Source: Thermoanaerobaculia bacterium
Lineage (GTDB): Bacteria; Acidobacteriota; Thermoanaerobaculia; Multivoradales; Multivoraceae
NCBI GenBank assembly: GCA_963666565.1
Contig: OY762911.1
Location: forward strand, 3,264,001-3,328,000
Reading direction: 5' to 3'
Length of the DNA: 64,000 nucleotides
In this document: in pieces, positions 20,129-33,099 of the stretch
How positions within the stretch are numbered: position 1 is the stretch's first letter
Layout: every line of letters begins with the position of its first letter
The notes under the pieces: model-generated
Databases searched by the model: none
Told to the model about the DNA's origin: nothing
What the model saw: the letters and a program-made list of their open reading frames with translations, nothing else
Program-made: the position numbers and the translations under genes

Positions 20129-22241
20129 GCTCGCCCAGCTTGCGGCGCACGGACTCCACGTTCTCCTCGTCGTTGAGCGCCAGCGCCTCTTCGTAGGCGT
20201 CCCGGGCGCGTCGGTCGTCGCCGAGGGCGACGTAGACGTCGCCCAGGTGTTCGAGGATGGTCGAGTCTCGCGGCACGAGTTGGTTGGCCCGCTCCAGGTG
20301 GCGGCGGGCCTGCTCGAACTCGCCGAGCCGGAACAGCGCCCAGCCCAGGGAGTCGACGAAGGCGCCGTTGTTCGGGTCGAGATCGACGGCGCGCCGGATG
20401 AGGTCCAGCGCCTGCTCCAGGTTCTCGCCGTTGTCCGCCCACATGTAGCCCAGGTAGTTCATCGCGAGGCTGTTGTCCGGCTGGAGCTCGAGTACCGACT
20501 GGAACTGATCGGCCGCCTCGTCGTAGCGGCGGCTCCGTTCGTAGGCCTCGCCCAGTTGGAAGCGGAGCGCCGCGAGCAGCGCGTCCCGCTCCACGTCCAG
20601 TCCGGTCTCGGCGCCGGCGTCGACTCTCGACAGCGCACGATGGAGGAAGGGAATGGCCTCGGCGAACCGTGCCTGCGCGCGGCAGAAATCGGCCACCAGC
20701 ATGAGCCGCCGGACGTCGCCGTTCGCGGTCAGGTCCTCGTACACCCGCAGGGCGAGCCGGTCGGCGTCCAGGCTGAAGTAGATCCGGGCCTTCTTCTCGA
20801 TCGCCTGGAACTCCGGTTCGCCCTCGTCGCCCGCCCGGAACAACCGTTCGTTGGCGACGATCTCCCGTCGCAGCATCGCCATGGCCCGGCGCTTCCTGCC
20901 GGCCTCGGCCAGGAGTTCGGCCTGGCTCAGCACGAGTTCGATGGATTCCCCCGCCCGCGCCTCCTCGGCCCGCAGCGCCTCGAGCGCCCGGTCGGTCTCG
21001 CCCAACTGGCGGAGCGCCTCCACCACCAGGCTGAGGCCGAGGTCCGCCGCCTGGGCGCCCCGCTGGCCGTTCCGGTCGGCGCCGTCGACCATCGTCCGGC
21101 CGAGCTCCAGGATGCGCCGCCACTCGCCCTCCTGCATCAGCAGTCCGACCAGTTCCCGGACGATCCGCGGGTCGCCGCCCGACTCCCGGCGCAGGTCCTC
21201 GAGCAGTTCGATCGCCTCCGGCCTCTCGCCGGACTCGGCCAGGATCTTCGCCTCCAGCAGGCGGGCCGGAGGGCTCGCGCGGGCAACGCGAGGCAGCGCG
21301 TGCAGGCGCCGCAGCGCCTCCGCGAGATCGTCGTCCCGCTGGCGCGGGGTCCGTCCCCGAGCCACGCCCCGGTTGTAGAACTCCTCGACCAGGGCGCCGC
21401 GCAGCCGGATGTCCTCCGGGTTCTCGGCGATCCCCTCCTCGAGCAGCTCGATCGCTCTCGTGTGATTGCCCTGCCGGCTCTGTCGCAGAGCCGCCTCCAT
21501 CCTGCCCTCCTGCGAGAACTGGAGCATCTCGTCCAGGAGTTCCTGCGCCCGGTCGTCGCGGCCGGCGCGCCGGAAGGCATCCACCAGCATGCTCTGAAGC
21601 TGCCGGTTCCCGTTGTGGTAACTGACCAGTTCCTCGAGCACGGAGGCGGCTTCGTCGAACTCCTCCCGTCTCTCGCGGATCCGGTAGAGCAGGATCATTC
21701 CCTGCATGTCGCCCGGCGCCAGCTCGCGGAGTTTCTCCAGGGCCTCGAGCGCCCGGTCGATGCCGCGGTCGCCGCCGCCGGCGCGGGGTTCGACCTGGGC
21801 GAGCGCGTAGGCGCGGAGCACGTCGACGTCGTCGGGCGCGAGGCGGTAGGCGGCCGCGGCATGTTCGGCCGCGTCCTCGAAGCGGCCCTGTCCGGCCAGG
21901 AACTCGGCGAGGCCGAGGCGAAGGAACGGCGCCTCCGGATCGGCCGCCGCGGCGCGCTCGAACAGGTCGAGCGCCTCTTCCTCCCGGCCCGGTTCGGCGG
22001 CCGTCATCCTCGCCGCGGCAAAGAGATAGGGGCCGCTCTCGGACGCTGGCGCGCCACCGGCTGCGCGGGTCTTCCGACCCGCTTCCGCCGAAGGCGGCGA
22101 GGAAACGGGCGGCGCGCCGGCGGCTTCCTGCGCCGGCGCCGCCTCTACTCCGAAACAGCAAATGACGATCGCGGACACCGCCGTCGCGCCGCGCGGAGCG
22201 CGGACGATGGGCGATCGGCTGCCGGGGCGCGGGCGGAACAT
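20115..22241 (-). CDS. Tetratricopeptide repeat protein
   Basis: Multiple TPRs; C-terminal AMNYLGYMWAD..NL..AL.LIRRAV..DPNNGAFVDSLGWALF; start ATG 22241 or GTG 22283. Confidence 0.85.
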   Translation of the reverse strand: MFRPRPGSRSPIVRAPRGATAVSAIVICCFGVEAAPAQEAAGAPPVSSPPSAEAGRKTRAAGGAPASESGPYLFAAARMTAAEPGREEEALDLFERAAAADPEAPFLRLGLAEFLAGQGRFEDAAEHAAAAYRLAPDDVDVLRAYALAQVEPRAGGGDRGIDRALEALEKLRELAPGDMQGMILLYRIRERREEFDEAASVLEELVSYHNGNRQLQSMLVDAFRRAGRDDRAQELLDEMLQFSQEGRMEAALRQSRQGNHTRAIELLEEGIAENPEDIRLRGALVEEFYNRGVARGRTPRQRDDDLAEALRRLHALPRVARASPPARLLEAKILAESGERPEAIELLEDLRRESGGDPRIVRELVGLLMQEGEWRRILELGRTMVDGADRNGQRGAQAADLGLSLVVEALRQLGETDRALEALRAEEARAGESIELVLSQAELLAEAGRKRRAMAMLRREIVANERLFRAGDEGEPEFQAIEKKARIYFSLDADRLALRVYEDLTANGDVRRLMLVADFCRAQARFAEAIPFLHRALSRVDAGAETGLDVERDALLAALRFQLGEAYERSRRYDEAADQFQSVLELQPDNSLAMNYLGYMWADNGENLEQALDLIRRAVDLDPNNGAFVDSLGWALFRLGEFEQARRHLERANQLVPRDSTILEHLGDVYVALGDDRRARDAYEEALALNDEENVESVRRKLGELARR
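22054..22100. repeat. Copy of the GCGGGTC-GGAA-GACCCGC palindromic repeat inside the TPR gene N-terminus
   Basis: CCACCGGCTGCGCGGGTCTTCCGACCCGCTTCCGCCG matches the ispE units. Confidence 0.75.
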
Positions 22242-22389
22242 CGGACGCGAAGGGTAACACTCCCGCGGTCCCGCCTCGGGCACGCCGACCCCTTTACCGG
22301 CGCCGCCGGCCGGGCTAGAATCGGCGATTCACGCGCGAGCCGCGCGCCGATTCGCGGCGGCCGTCGGATTCAGGGAGGAGGCGCTGCAG

Positions 22390-22656
22390 ATGATCAAGGC
22401 GGACATCGTCAACCGGGTCGCCGAGAACTCCGATCTTCCCCGGGTCAAGGCGGCGCGAGCGGTCGACACGATCCTGGGCGCGATGAAGGACGCTCTCGGC
22501 GACGGCAGGCGCATCGAGCTGCGGGGCTTCGGCGTCTTCCAGGTGCGCGACCGGAAGCGCGGCGTCGGCCGCAATCCGAAGACCGGCGTCGAGGTGACGA
22601 TCTCGCCCGGCAAGACGGTCCGCTTCAAGCCCGGCAAGGAACTGAAGAACCTGTAG
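22390..22656 (+). CDS. HU/IHF family DNA-binding protein
   Basis: MIKADIV..IELRGFGVF.V..RK..VGRNPKTG..V.I......FKPGKELK. Confidence 0.93.
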   Translation: MIKADIVNRVAENSDLPRVKAARAVDTILGAMKDALGDGRRIELRGFGVFQVRDRKRGVGRNPKTGVEVTISPGKTVRFKPGKELKNL

Positions 22657-22698
22657 CCGCTGGGCGCGCGGGTCCTCCGAGCCGAAGCCGCCGGAGGC
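22657..22698. repeat. Degenerate copy of the palindromic repeat between convergent HU and dtd
   Basis: CCGCTGGGCGCGCGGGTCCTCCGAGCCGAAGCCGCCGGAGGC. Confidence 0.6.
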
Positions 22699-22721
22699 CG
22701 GCCGGATGCTCGCGCCGGCCG

Positions 22722-23201
22722 TCAACCGGGCGCCGCTCTGGCGGCGGGTTCCGCCGCCGGCTGACGAAAGTCCAGCACGAAGGTGACCGGTCCGTCGTTC
22801 ACCAGGTCCACCCGCATCCGCGCACCGAACCGTCCGCCCTCCACCTGAACGCCCGCGGCTTCGAGCAAACGGCGCAGTTCCCCGAGCAACGGCTCCGCCG
22901 CGTCCGGCGGCGCCGCCCGGTCGAAGGACGGGCGCCTCCCCTTGCGGGTCGAGGCGGCCAGGGTGAACTGCGACACGAGGAGGATCGCTCCGCCCGACTG
23001 GCGCACGTCGAGGTTCATCCGGCCCCGTTCGTCGTCGAAGAACCGGAGCCCGGCCAGCTTCGACGCGGCCGCCTTCGCCTGGTTCGGGCCGTCGCCGGAT
23101 TCCACGCCGGCCAGGACCAGCATGCCGGCGCCGATCCGGCCCACCGTCCGGCCGTCGACCGCGACCTCGGCCCTCGCCACCCGCTGCACGACCAGGCGCA
23201 T
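22722..23201 (-). CDS. dtd: D-aminoacyl-tRNA deacylase
   Basis: MRLVVQRV, SQFTL, KGRRPSF, FGARM.V.LVNDGPVT. Confidence 0.96.
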   Translation of the reverse strand: MRLVVQRVARAEVAVDGRTVGRIGAGMLVLAGVESGDGPNQAKAAASKLAGLRFFDDERGRMNLDVRQSGGAILLVSQFTLAASTRKGRRPSFDRAAPPDAAEPLLGELRRLLEAAGVQVEGGRFGARMRVDLVNDGPVTFVLDFRQPAAEPAARAAPG

Positions 23202-23372
23202 GTCCCGGACGATAGCTCCGATCGCCCGCCGGGGTTACGATGGACGGTCCAGGCCGGCGGCGCGCCCGGTCGCCGCGACGCGGTCCCGGGCGCTGGCGCC
23301 GGCCGGCGAATGCGAGCTACCAACAGCGGGGCGGCGCCGCGCCGCCCCGAGCCATCCTGAAAGGACGAATCC

Positions 23373-23813
23373 ATGTTGAACAAGGTGATCCTCATCGGCA
23401 ATCTCGGACGGGACCCGGAGGTCCGAACCACCCAATCCGGCCAGTCGGTCGCGAACTTCAGCGTCGCCACGACCCGCCGCTGGCGCGACCGCGACGGCAA
23501 CCGGCAGGAAGAGACGGAGTGGCACTACATCGTCTGCTGGGGCCGGCAGGCCGAGATCGCCGGCCAGTACCTGACCAGGGGCCGCCTGGTCTCGGTCGAG
23601 GGGCGGCTGCAGACCCGCTCCTGGGACGACCAGCAGACCGGCCAGAAGCGCTACCGCACGGAAGTCATCTGCGACAACTTCCAGATGCTGGGCGGCCGCG
23701 GCGACAGTTCGGGACAGGGCTATGGCGGACGCGGCCGGCAGGAGGCCGCCCAGCCGGCGCCGCAGGACCAGGGCTTCGACGCCGGCGAACAGGACGACGA
23801 CATCCCGTTCTAG
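23373..23813 (+). CDS. ssb: Single-stranded DNA-binding protein
   Basis: [30 protein letters not shown]-terminal DDDIPF. Confidence 0.97.
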   Translation: MLNKVILIGNLGRDPEVRTTQSGQSVANFSVATTRRWRDRDGNRQEETEWHYIVCWGRQAEIAGQYLTRGRLVSVEGRLQTRSWDDQQTGQKRYRTEVICDNFQMLGGRGDSSGQGYGGRGRQEAAQPAPQDQGFDAGEQDDDIPF

Positions 23814-24052
23814 GCGCCTGCGCCGCGGAACGCCGCGAAGCAAGTCTGAGGCGCAGGCGCCGCCGTGCGGACGGGATGGGCCGAAACACCGAGTCCGCGA
23901 GGGGTTTCGGGGCGCTAGGCGCCTGCGCCGCGGAACGCCGCGAAGCAAGTCTGAGGCGCAGGCGCCGCCGTGCGGACGGGATGGGCCGAAACACCGAGTC
24001 CGCGAGGGGTTTCGGGGCGCTAGGAGCTTGCGCCGCGCACCCGGCAGGCGAG

Positions 24053-24056
<4 letters not shown>
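23811..24056. repeat. Two identical 105-bp tandem units plus a partial third, delimited by CTAG
   Basis: Units start at 23811, 23916 and 24021 (partial); each has GGCGCCTGCGCC/GGCGCAGGCGCC and CCGAAAC/GTTTCGG hairpins. Confidence 0.92.
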
Positions 24057-26776
<2,720 letters not shown>

Positions 26777-26787
26777 GGACGGCCGCC

Positions 26788-26795
26788 AGTATAGT
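26788..26795. promoter_or_regulatory. Overlapping divergent -10 boxes (TATAGT on +, TATACT on -) between mutS and tsaB
   Basis: AGTATAGT in a 27-bp divergent gap; 8 nt to the tsaB ATG and 11 nt to the mutS GTG. Confidence 0.5.
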
Positions 26796-26803
26796 GAGCC
26801 GCG

Positions 26804-27526
26804 ATGCACTGGCAGAAGCCGCTGCTCGCGTTCGACACCGGTTCGCCCGTCGTCAGCGTGGCGCTCGCCCTGCCCGACCGGGTCGCCACCCTGACCGCGC
26901 CCCAGGGACGCTCGTCGCGCGAACTGATCGCGATGATCGACGAACTGCTGACCGGCGCGGGGCTCGATGTCCGGGAACTCGGCGGCATCGGCGCCGCCAG
27001 TGGGCCGGGCAGCTTCACCGGCCTGAGAGTCGGCCTCGCGACGGCCCTCGGCCTGCACCAGGCCGCCGGGGCGCCCGCGGGCGCCGTGTCCACGTTCGAG
27101 ATCCTGGCCGCGCACTACGCCGGGAACGCCGCCGAGCCGGCGCCGGCGGTCCGGGCGGCGGTCGACGCCCACCGGGACCGCTGGTTCGCGCAGGCGGTGC
27201 GCCTCGCGCCCGGCGGCGCGATCCGGGAGGAATCGCCGCCGGAAATCCTGAGCCGGGCCGACCTGGAAGCCAGCGACCTCCCCGTCGTCGGTCACGGAGT
27301 CGCTTCGCTGGCCGTTCCCGCCGGCGCGGTCGAGGCCGCGGATCTGGCCCCGACGCTGCTGCGGCGGATGGCGGACGGCGGACTGGCCTGGGACGCCTCG
27401 ACGCTCGTCGAGCCTCTCTACCTGCGGCCGCCGGCGACGAGCGCTCCCAGGCGGGCGCCGGGCAGCCCGCGTCCGGGCCGGCGCCGGGGCGCTGGACGAT
27501 CGCCGCTGGTGCGCGAGCCGGGCTGA
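26804..27526 (+). CDS. tsaB: tRNA threonylcarbamoyladenosine biosynthesis protein TsaB
   Basis: LLAFDTG, GPGSFTGLRVG, DAHR, EPLYLR. Confidence 0.9.
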   Translation: MHWQKPLLAFDTGSPVVSVALALPDRVATLTAPQGRSSRELIAMIDELLTGAGLDVRELGGIGAASGPGSFTGLRVGLATALGLHQAAGAPAGAVSTFEILAAHYAGNAAEPAPAVRAAVDAHRDRWFAQAVRLAPGGAIREESPPEILSRADLEASDLPVVGHGVASLAVPAGAVEAADLAPTLLRRMADGGLAWDASTLVEPLYLRPPATSAPRRAPGSPRPGRRRGAGRSPLVREPG

Positions 27527-27528
27527 GC

Positions 27529-27560
27529 CGGAAGCGGGTCGGAAGACCCGCGCACCCGGT
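27529..27560. repeat. Copy of the palindromic repeat downstream of tsaB
   Basis: CGGAAGCGGGTCGGAAGACCCGCGCACCCGGT, reverse complement of the ispE/TPR copies. Confidence 0.8.
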
Positions 27561-27629
27561 CCAAGCTGCTAATCTTCCAACGGCCATGCCGAAGGCCGCG
27601 GAACGACCACGGAAGGAGGCGCGCACCGA

Positions 27630-27857
27630 ATGAGCGATGACGCAGTCAAGGAAGAACTTCTGGCACAGGAGGGCGAGTTCAGGAAGCTCTACGAGGAGCA
27701 TCAGGCATGCGAGAGTCAACTGGAGGAACTCGTCGGCCGCCCCGTCCTCTCGCCGACGGACCACTCCGAGGCCAAGCGCATCAAGCTCCACAAGCTCGCT
27801 CTCAAGGACCGGATGGAGTCGATCATCCGGTCCCACGGCCTCCAGGCGGCCAGGTAG
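27630..27857 (+). CDS. Small coiled-coil protein (DUF465/YdcH-like)
   Basis: EFRKLYEEH..E..L......IKLHKLALKDRM pattern; AGGAGG SD. Confidence 0.75.
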   Translation: MSDDAVKEELLAQEGEFRKLYEEHQACESQLEELVGRPVLSPTDHSEAKRIKLHKLALKDRMESIIRSHGLQAAR

Positions 27858-27947
27858 GCGCGGCGCGGCCGCTCGCTCTCCCGCCGTCGCGTTCCCGCCC
27901 CTGCGAACCCCGATGGCGAGACCGTCAGCGGCGTCGCGCCTGAACGC

Positions 27948-28664
27948 ATGAGATTCGCCCGGGAGGCCTGGCCCTTCGTGCTGCCGTTCCTGGCCGCGGC
28001 GGCCGTGTTCTGGCCGCTGGGCTGGCAGGTCGCCGCAGGCGCGGCGGCGCTCCTCGGCGTCCTCGTGCTGCTCTTCTTCCGGGATCCCCGGCGCAACTAC
28101 GAGGGTCCCCCCGACGTCGTCCTTTCGCCCGCCGAGGGTACGGTCACCGCGGTGGAGGTGATCACCGACAGCGCCCTCGGCGAAGAGACGTGGCGGCGCA
28201 TCTCCATCTTCCTGTCCGTCTTCAACGTCCATACCCAGAAGACCCCGGTCGAGGGCGTGGTGATCGGCAGCATCGCGACGCCGGGAAAGAAGCTGCCGGC
28301 GTTCCGCAAGGAGGCGGGCGACGTGAACGAGAACCACCTCACGCTGCTGCGGAGGTCCCGGGGCGACCTGATCGCGGTGCGGCAGATCGCGGGCCTGGTG
28401 GCGAGGCGGGTCGTTTCCCAGCTCCGGGCCGGTCAGCGTGTGGTCCAGGGCGAACCGCTGGGCCTGATCAAGTTCGGCTCGCGGGTCGACGTGTTCGTGC
28501 CCCTCTCGTACGACCCCCTGGTCGAGAAGGGCCAGCGCGTGATCTCGGCCGAGACGCCGATCGCCATGCCGACCGATCCCTCGACTCCGCCGCCGGAGGA
28601 CTTCCCGGTCCGCAGGCCTGCGGTTCGGAAGGGGGACGGCGCTCCCGGGGAGGACGGCCGGTGA
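27948..28664 (+). CDS. psd: Phosphatidylserine decarboxylase proenzyme
   Basis: [37 protein letters not shown] cleavage motif. Confidence 0.93.
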   Translation: MRFAREAWPFVLPFLAAAAVFWPLGWQVAAGAAALLGVLVLLFFRDPRRNYEGPPDVVLSPAEGTVTAVEVITDSALGEETWRRISIFLSVFNVHTQKTPVEGVVIGSIATPGKKLPAFRKEAGDVNENHLTLLRRSRGDLIAVRQIAGLVARRVVSQLRAGQRVVQGEPLGLIKFGSRVDVFVPLSYDPLVEKGQRVISAETPIAMPTDPSTPPPEDFPVRRPAVRKGDGAPGEDGR

Positions 28665-29431
28665 ACTGGAAGAAGAGCAAGCCGAGGCCGCTGCGGGCGG
28701 GGGCCTACGTGATTCCCAGCCTGTTCACCACGGCGAACATGCTGCTGGGCTTCTATGCCCTGCTGGCCGGGCTCGAGGGACAGTTCCGGACCGCCGTGCT
28801 CATGCTGTTCGCCGCCGCCTGCCTGGACACCCTGGACGGACGGATCGCCCGCCTGACCGGCACCGCCAGCCCGTTCGGCCGCGAGTACGACTCGCTGGCC
28901 GACCTGGTGTCGTTCGGGCTCGCGCCGGCGCTGCTCTGCTACCTCTGGGGCCTCCACGAACTGGGCCGCGTCGGCTTCGCGGCGCCCGCGGTCTATCTCC
29001 TCTGCAACGCGGCCCGGCTCGCCCGCTTCAACGTCAGCCTCCGCCAGGCCGACCCGGCCTGGTTCGTCGGCCTGCCGGCGCCGGCCGCCGCCGGCGCCAT
29101 CGGTTCCATCCTCTTCTTCGTCGACACCCGCGGCGATTCGTTCGTGCTCCAGATCGTCGTCCTGTCGGCGCTTGTCGTCGTCGGCCTGCTTGCCGTCTCC
29201 ACGTTCCGCTACGTCAGCTTCAAGGAGATCGACTTCCGGCGCCGGCGGAGCTTCCGCGTCGTGCTGGTGATCGCCTCGATCGCGGTGCTCGCCCTGATCC
29301 ACATCGGCCTCTTCTTCCTGATCGGCGCCGCCAGCTACGCGCTGTCCGGGCCGACCGCGTGGGTCGTCCGCCGGCTGAAGCGGCGACGGCGGGCGATCCG
29401 CCTCCGCGCTGCTACGCTCCGCGGCCGATGA
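28661..29431 (+). CDS. pssA: CDP-diacylglycerol--serine O-phosphatidyltransferase
   Basis: [15 protein letters not shown]...[28 protein letters not shown]; GTGA overlap with psd. Confidence 0.92.
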   Translation: MNWKKSKPRPLRAGAYVIPSLFTTANMLLGFYALLAGLEGQFRTAVLMLFAAACLDTLDGRIARLTGTASPFGREYDSLADLVSFGLAPALLCYLWGLHELGRVGFAAPAVYLLCNAARLARFNVSLRQADPAWFVGLPAPAAAGAIGSILFFVDTRGDSFVLQIVVLSALVVVGLLAVSTFRYVSFKEIDFRRRRSFRVVLVIASIAVLALIHIGLFFLIGAASYALSGPTAWVVRRLKRRRRAIRLRAATLRGR

Positions 29432-30381
29432 CGACCGCTCCATCCGCTTCTCCGGACCGCCATCGGCTGACGATCCTCGGCTCCGGACCGGCCGGCCTCA
29501 CCGCCGCCCTCTACGCGGCGCGCGCCGACCTCTCGCCCCTGGTGCTGGAAGGCAGCCAGCCCGGCGGCCAGTTGACGATCACGACCGACGTCGAGAACTA
29601 CCCGGGGTTCCGGGACGGGATCATGGGCCCGGAGCTGATCGACCGGATGCGGGCGCAGGCGCAGCGTTTCGGGGCCGACGCCCGCTTCGAGACGGGTCTG
29701 GCCGTGGACCTGAGCGAGCGCCCGTTCCGGCTCGAGACGGACGGCGGCGAGTACCGGACGGACGCGCTGATCGTCGCCACCGGCGCCTCGGCCCGCCAAC
29801 TCGGCCTGCCCTCGGAGGCCGAGTTGATGGGCTACGGCGTCTCGGCCTGCGCCACCTGCGACGGATTCTTCTTCCGCGACAAGGAACTCGTCGTCGTCGG
29901 CGGCGGCGACACGGCGATGGAGGAAGCCACCTTCCTGACCAAGTTCGCGAGCAAGGTGACGATCGTCCATCGCCGCGGCGAGTTGCGGGCCTCGGTCATC
30001 ATGCGCGAGCGCGCGGCCGCGAACGAGAAGATCGAGTGGCGGTTCCACGCCACCGTCGAGGAGATCCACGGCACCCAGGCCGACGGCGTCCACGGCGTCC
30101 GCCTGCGCGACCCCCGCAGCGGCGAGGAATCGGACTTCCCCTGCCAGGGCGTCTTCATGGCGATCGGCCACAACCCGAACACCGAACTGTTCCGGGGCCT
30201 TCTGGACATGGACGACGTCGGATACCTCAAGGTCGCCCATCCCGGCACCGCCACCAACGTCGAGGGCGTGTTCGCCTGCGGCGACGTGATGGACCCGATC
30301 TACCGGCAGGCGGTCACCGCCGCCGGCACCGGCTGCCAGGCGGCGATCGACGCGGAACGCTGGCTGAGCGAGGCCCACTGA
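29428..30381 (+). CDS. trxB: Thioredoxin-disulfide reductase
   Basis: [52 protein letters not shown]. Confidence 0.97.
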   Translation: MTTAPSASPDRHRLTILGSGPAGLTAALYAARADLSPLVLEGSQPGGQLTITTDVENYPGFRDGIMGPELIDRMRAQAQRFGADARFETGLAVDLSERPFRLETDGGEYRTDALIVATGASARQLGLPSEAELMGYGVSACATCDGFFFRDKELVVVGGGDTAMEEATFLTKFASKVTIVHRRGELRASVIMRERAAANEKIEWRFHATVEEIHGTQADGVHGVRLRDPRSGEESDFPCQGVFMAIGHNPNTELFRGLLDMDDVGYLKVAHPGTATNVEGVFACGDVMDPIYRQAVTAAGTGCQAAIDAERWLSEAH

Positions 30382-30590
30382 CGGCCGAGGGGAGCACGCG
30401 GCGTCGCGGCGTTGGACGGCGGCCATCGCGGCCGGCGACCCCCGGCCGCCCGGGCACGGCCCCGCGGGCGTTGCCGCCGGCAGCCGCCGTCGAGGCCGGC
30501 GAGCCCCGGCAGGCGGAGACGCGCCGGTTCGCGTAGACTGCCCGCCGCCACCACCGAGAAGAACGGGACCGACGAGAACGGGGAACGCGG

Positions 30591-31703
30591 ATGACCGAAC
30601 GAAACCGCAGGGACTTCCTGGGCACGGCCGCTCTGGCCGGCGCCGGCGCCGTCGCCGCCTGCGGCGGGGCGGCAACGACCTCCGAGGGCGCTCCGGGCGT
30701 CGTCGCGAGGCCGCGCCTGACCTGGCGCCTGGCCTCCAGCTTCCCGCGCGGCCTGGACACCATCTTCGGCGCCTCGGAGGTCTTCGCCAGCCGGGTCGAG
30801 AGCCTGACCGAGGGCCGATTCCGGGTACGGCCCTACCCCGCCGGCGAGCTGGTCCCGGCCCTGGGCGTGCTCGACGCCGTCCAGCAAGGCACGATCGAAC
30901 TCGGCCACAGCGCGACCTACTACTACACCGGCAAGAACCCGGCGCTCGCCTTCGACACGGCGATGCCGTTCGGCCTGATGGCGCGCCAGCAGAACGCCTG
31001 GCTCTACCACGGCGGCGGCCTGGAACTGATGCGCGAGGTGTTCGCCGACTTCGACATCGTCAACTTCCCCTGCGGCAACACCGGCTGCCAGATGGGCGGC
31101 TGGTTCCGCCGCGAGGTGAACACGCTGGCCGAACTGCGCGGCATCAAGATGCGGATTCCCGGTCTCGGCGCCGAGGTTCTGAGCCGCCTCGGCGTCACCG
31201 TGCAGACCATCCCCGGCGGCGAGATCTACCCCGCGCTCGAGCGCGGCGTGGTCGACGCGGCCGAGTGGATCGGCCCCTACGACGACCTGAAGCTCGGCTT
31301 CCACCGGGTGGCGAAGAACTACTACTACCCCGGCTGGTGGGAGCCGGGGCCGACTCTGTCGCTCTACGTCAACCGCACCGCCTGGGACTCGCTTCCCGCC
31401 GAGTACCAGGCCGTCGTCGCCGCCGCCGCGGCCGAGACGAACATCGACATGACCGCCCGCTACGACGCCCAGAACCCGGGCGCCATGCAGGCCCTGGTAG
31501 AGGAAGGCGTCTCGCTGCGGCCGTTCTCGGACGAGATCATGACCGGCTGCCGCGACACCGCCTTCGAGCTGATGCACGAGAACGCCGCGGCCGACCCCGG
31601 CTACCGAAAGATCTTCGAGTCCTGGAACGAGGCCCGCGAGTCCTACTTCCGCTGGTTCAGCGCGGCGGAACAGACGTACGCCCGGTTCTCCTTCGGCGGT
31701 TGA
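30591..31703 (+). CDS. TRAP transporter substrate-binding protein (DctP/TakP-like), Tat-exported
   Basis: RRDFL Tat motif, GNTGCQMGGWF, KMRIPGLG, EWIGPYDD, YYPGWWEPG. Confidence 0.9.
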   Translation: MTERNRRDFLGTAALAGAGAVAACGGAATTSEGAPGVVARPRLTWRLASSFPRGLDTIFGASEVFASRVESLTEGRFRVRPYPAGELVPALGVLDAVQQGTIELGHSATYYYTGKNPALAFDTAMPFGLMARQQNAWLYHGGGLELMREVFADFDIVNFPCGNTGCQMGGWFRREVNTLAELRGIKMRIPGLGAEVLSRLGVTVQTIPGGEIYPALERGVVDAAEWIGPYDDLKLGFHRVAKNYYYPGWWEPGPTLSLYVNRTAWDSLPAEYQAVVAAAAAETNIDMTARYDAQNPGAMQALVEEGVSLRPFSDEIMTGCRDTAFELMHENAAADPGYRKIFESWNEARESYFRWFSAAEQTYARFSFGG

Positions 31704-31782
31704 TCAGTAGGCCGCCGGTTGGGCTGGCACACTGACCATGACACCGCGATTCGCCACGGAGTAACATCCCGCCAACCAAAGT

Positions 31783-33084
31783 GGCTCTTCAGGGTTTCGA
31801 GTGGAACGTGAGCGAATCGGGGTAGAGGTTCAGGCCGCCGAGATGGAAGTAGATGGCGTCGCGGAACCGGTCCCGATTCCGGTAGCCGCGGGCGGACTTC
31901 TTGAGCGACTGGATGACCGAGTTGATGCCTTCGAGGCGCGCGTTGGTGACGCCCCGCTCGATCGCGTTCAGCACGCCGTCGAGATGAGCCTTGATCATGC
32001 GGGCGACTTCCTTCATGGGCTCGAGACGGCTGCGGATCGCCCACGAGTACCAGCCGTCGAAGATCTCTCGCGCCTCGACGCGGTCCCGCGTCTCCCACAT
32101 CATCATCGCCACCTCCTTCAGGTGCCAGCAACGCGCCGTCTTCAAGGTCGCGTTCACCAAGGTCTTGAAGGAGGCCGCATGCCTCTCCGGCAACCGGTCG
32201 GGGTGGTACAGCCACATGTGCCGGGTGCCGGCCAGCCGGTCGTCCCCCCGGTTCTGCAGCTCTCGGTGCTCCGCCACCCGCACCCGGTTCACGGCGTCGC
32301 CCAGATGGGCCGCGACGTGGAACTTGTCGTACGCGAGCTTGGCGCCGCCGGCAGGCAGGCAGGACACCGTCGCCGAGATGTACGCCGGCCACATGTCCAT
32401 CGCCACCGTCTCGATCCGGGAGCGCTCCGCCTCCGACAACGACTCGTAGTACGAGGACAGAGCGTCCTTGCCCCGACCGTCCGCCACGTGATGCACCCGC
32501 GGCTCGCCCTCGATGTCAGCCACCACCGTCACGTACTCGTGGCGCTTCTGAAACGACGTCTCGTCCACGCCCAGAACCCTCGACGCCGGCGCCGGCCCGC
32601 GCCGCTCGAGCCCGCGCTTCACCGCACGCTCCATCACGCCGGATACCTGGTCCCAACTCAGGTCCAGAAGCCGAGCCACCGCCGAGACGCTCGCCGCACC
32701 CAGCCAGTCGATCACCAGCGCCTCGAACAACGCCGTGAACCGCGAGCCCGGGTCCGACCAGGGCACGCCGATCGTCAGCACTCCGTGCTCCGCGCAACGC
32801 ACCCTAGGCACGTCCGCGGTCAGGATCGTCCGGTACTGGCACGTCGGCAGATGCCGCCAGCGCCGACGACGCGCGTCGTGCCGGCTCGCCGAGCCGCCGC
32901 ACTTGGGACAACGGAACGACTCGCCCTGCCTGCGAGCCACCAACACCTCCACCTCGCCGGACTCAAGCCGCAGCTCGACGTCCGTCACCTCCCAGGGACT
33001 CTCGATGCCGAGAATCCGACCGTACAAGTCTGTGTTGCGCATCGCGCCACACTACGCGATCTCCACCATCAACCCGGAAGAGCC
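31783..33084 (-). mobile_element. ISL3-family insertion sequence (1302 bp) with 8-bp TSD ACCAAAGT
   Basis: Ends GGCTCTTC...GAAGAGCC; ACCAAAGT at 31775-31782 and 33085-33092. Confidence 0.95.
31789..33042 (-). CDS. ISL3-family transposase
   Basis: Zn finger CPKC..RWRHL..RVRC.EHG, GVDETS, AMDMW, DKFHV, TNARLEGINS. Confidence 0.95.
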   Translation of the reverse strand: MRNTDLYGRILGIESPWEVTDVELRLESGEVEVLVARRQGESFRCPKCGGSASRHDARRRRWRHLPTCQYRTILTADVPRVRCAEHGVLTIGVPWSDPGSRFTALFEALVIDWLGAASVSAVARLLDLSWDQVSGVMERAVKRGLERRGPAPASRVLGVDETSFQKRHEYVTVVADIEGEPRVHHVADGRGKDALSSYYESLSEAERSRIETVAMDMWPAYISATVSCLPAGGAKLAYDKFHVAAHLGDAVNRVRVAEHRELQNRGDDRLAGTRHMWLYHPDRLPERHAASFKTLVNATLKTARCWHLKEVAMMMWETRDRVEAREIFDGWYSWAIRSRLEPMKEVARMIKAHLDGVLNAIERGVTNARLEGINSVIQSLKKSARGYRNRDRFRDAIYFHLGGLNLYPDSLTFHSKP

Positions 33085-33099
33085 ACCAAAGTGAGCGAG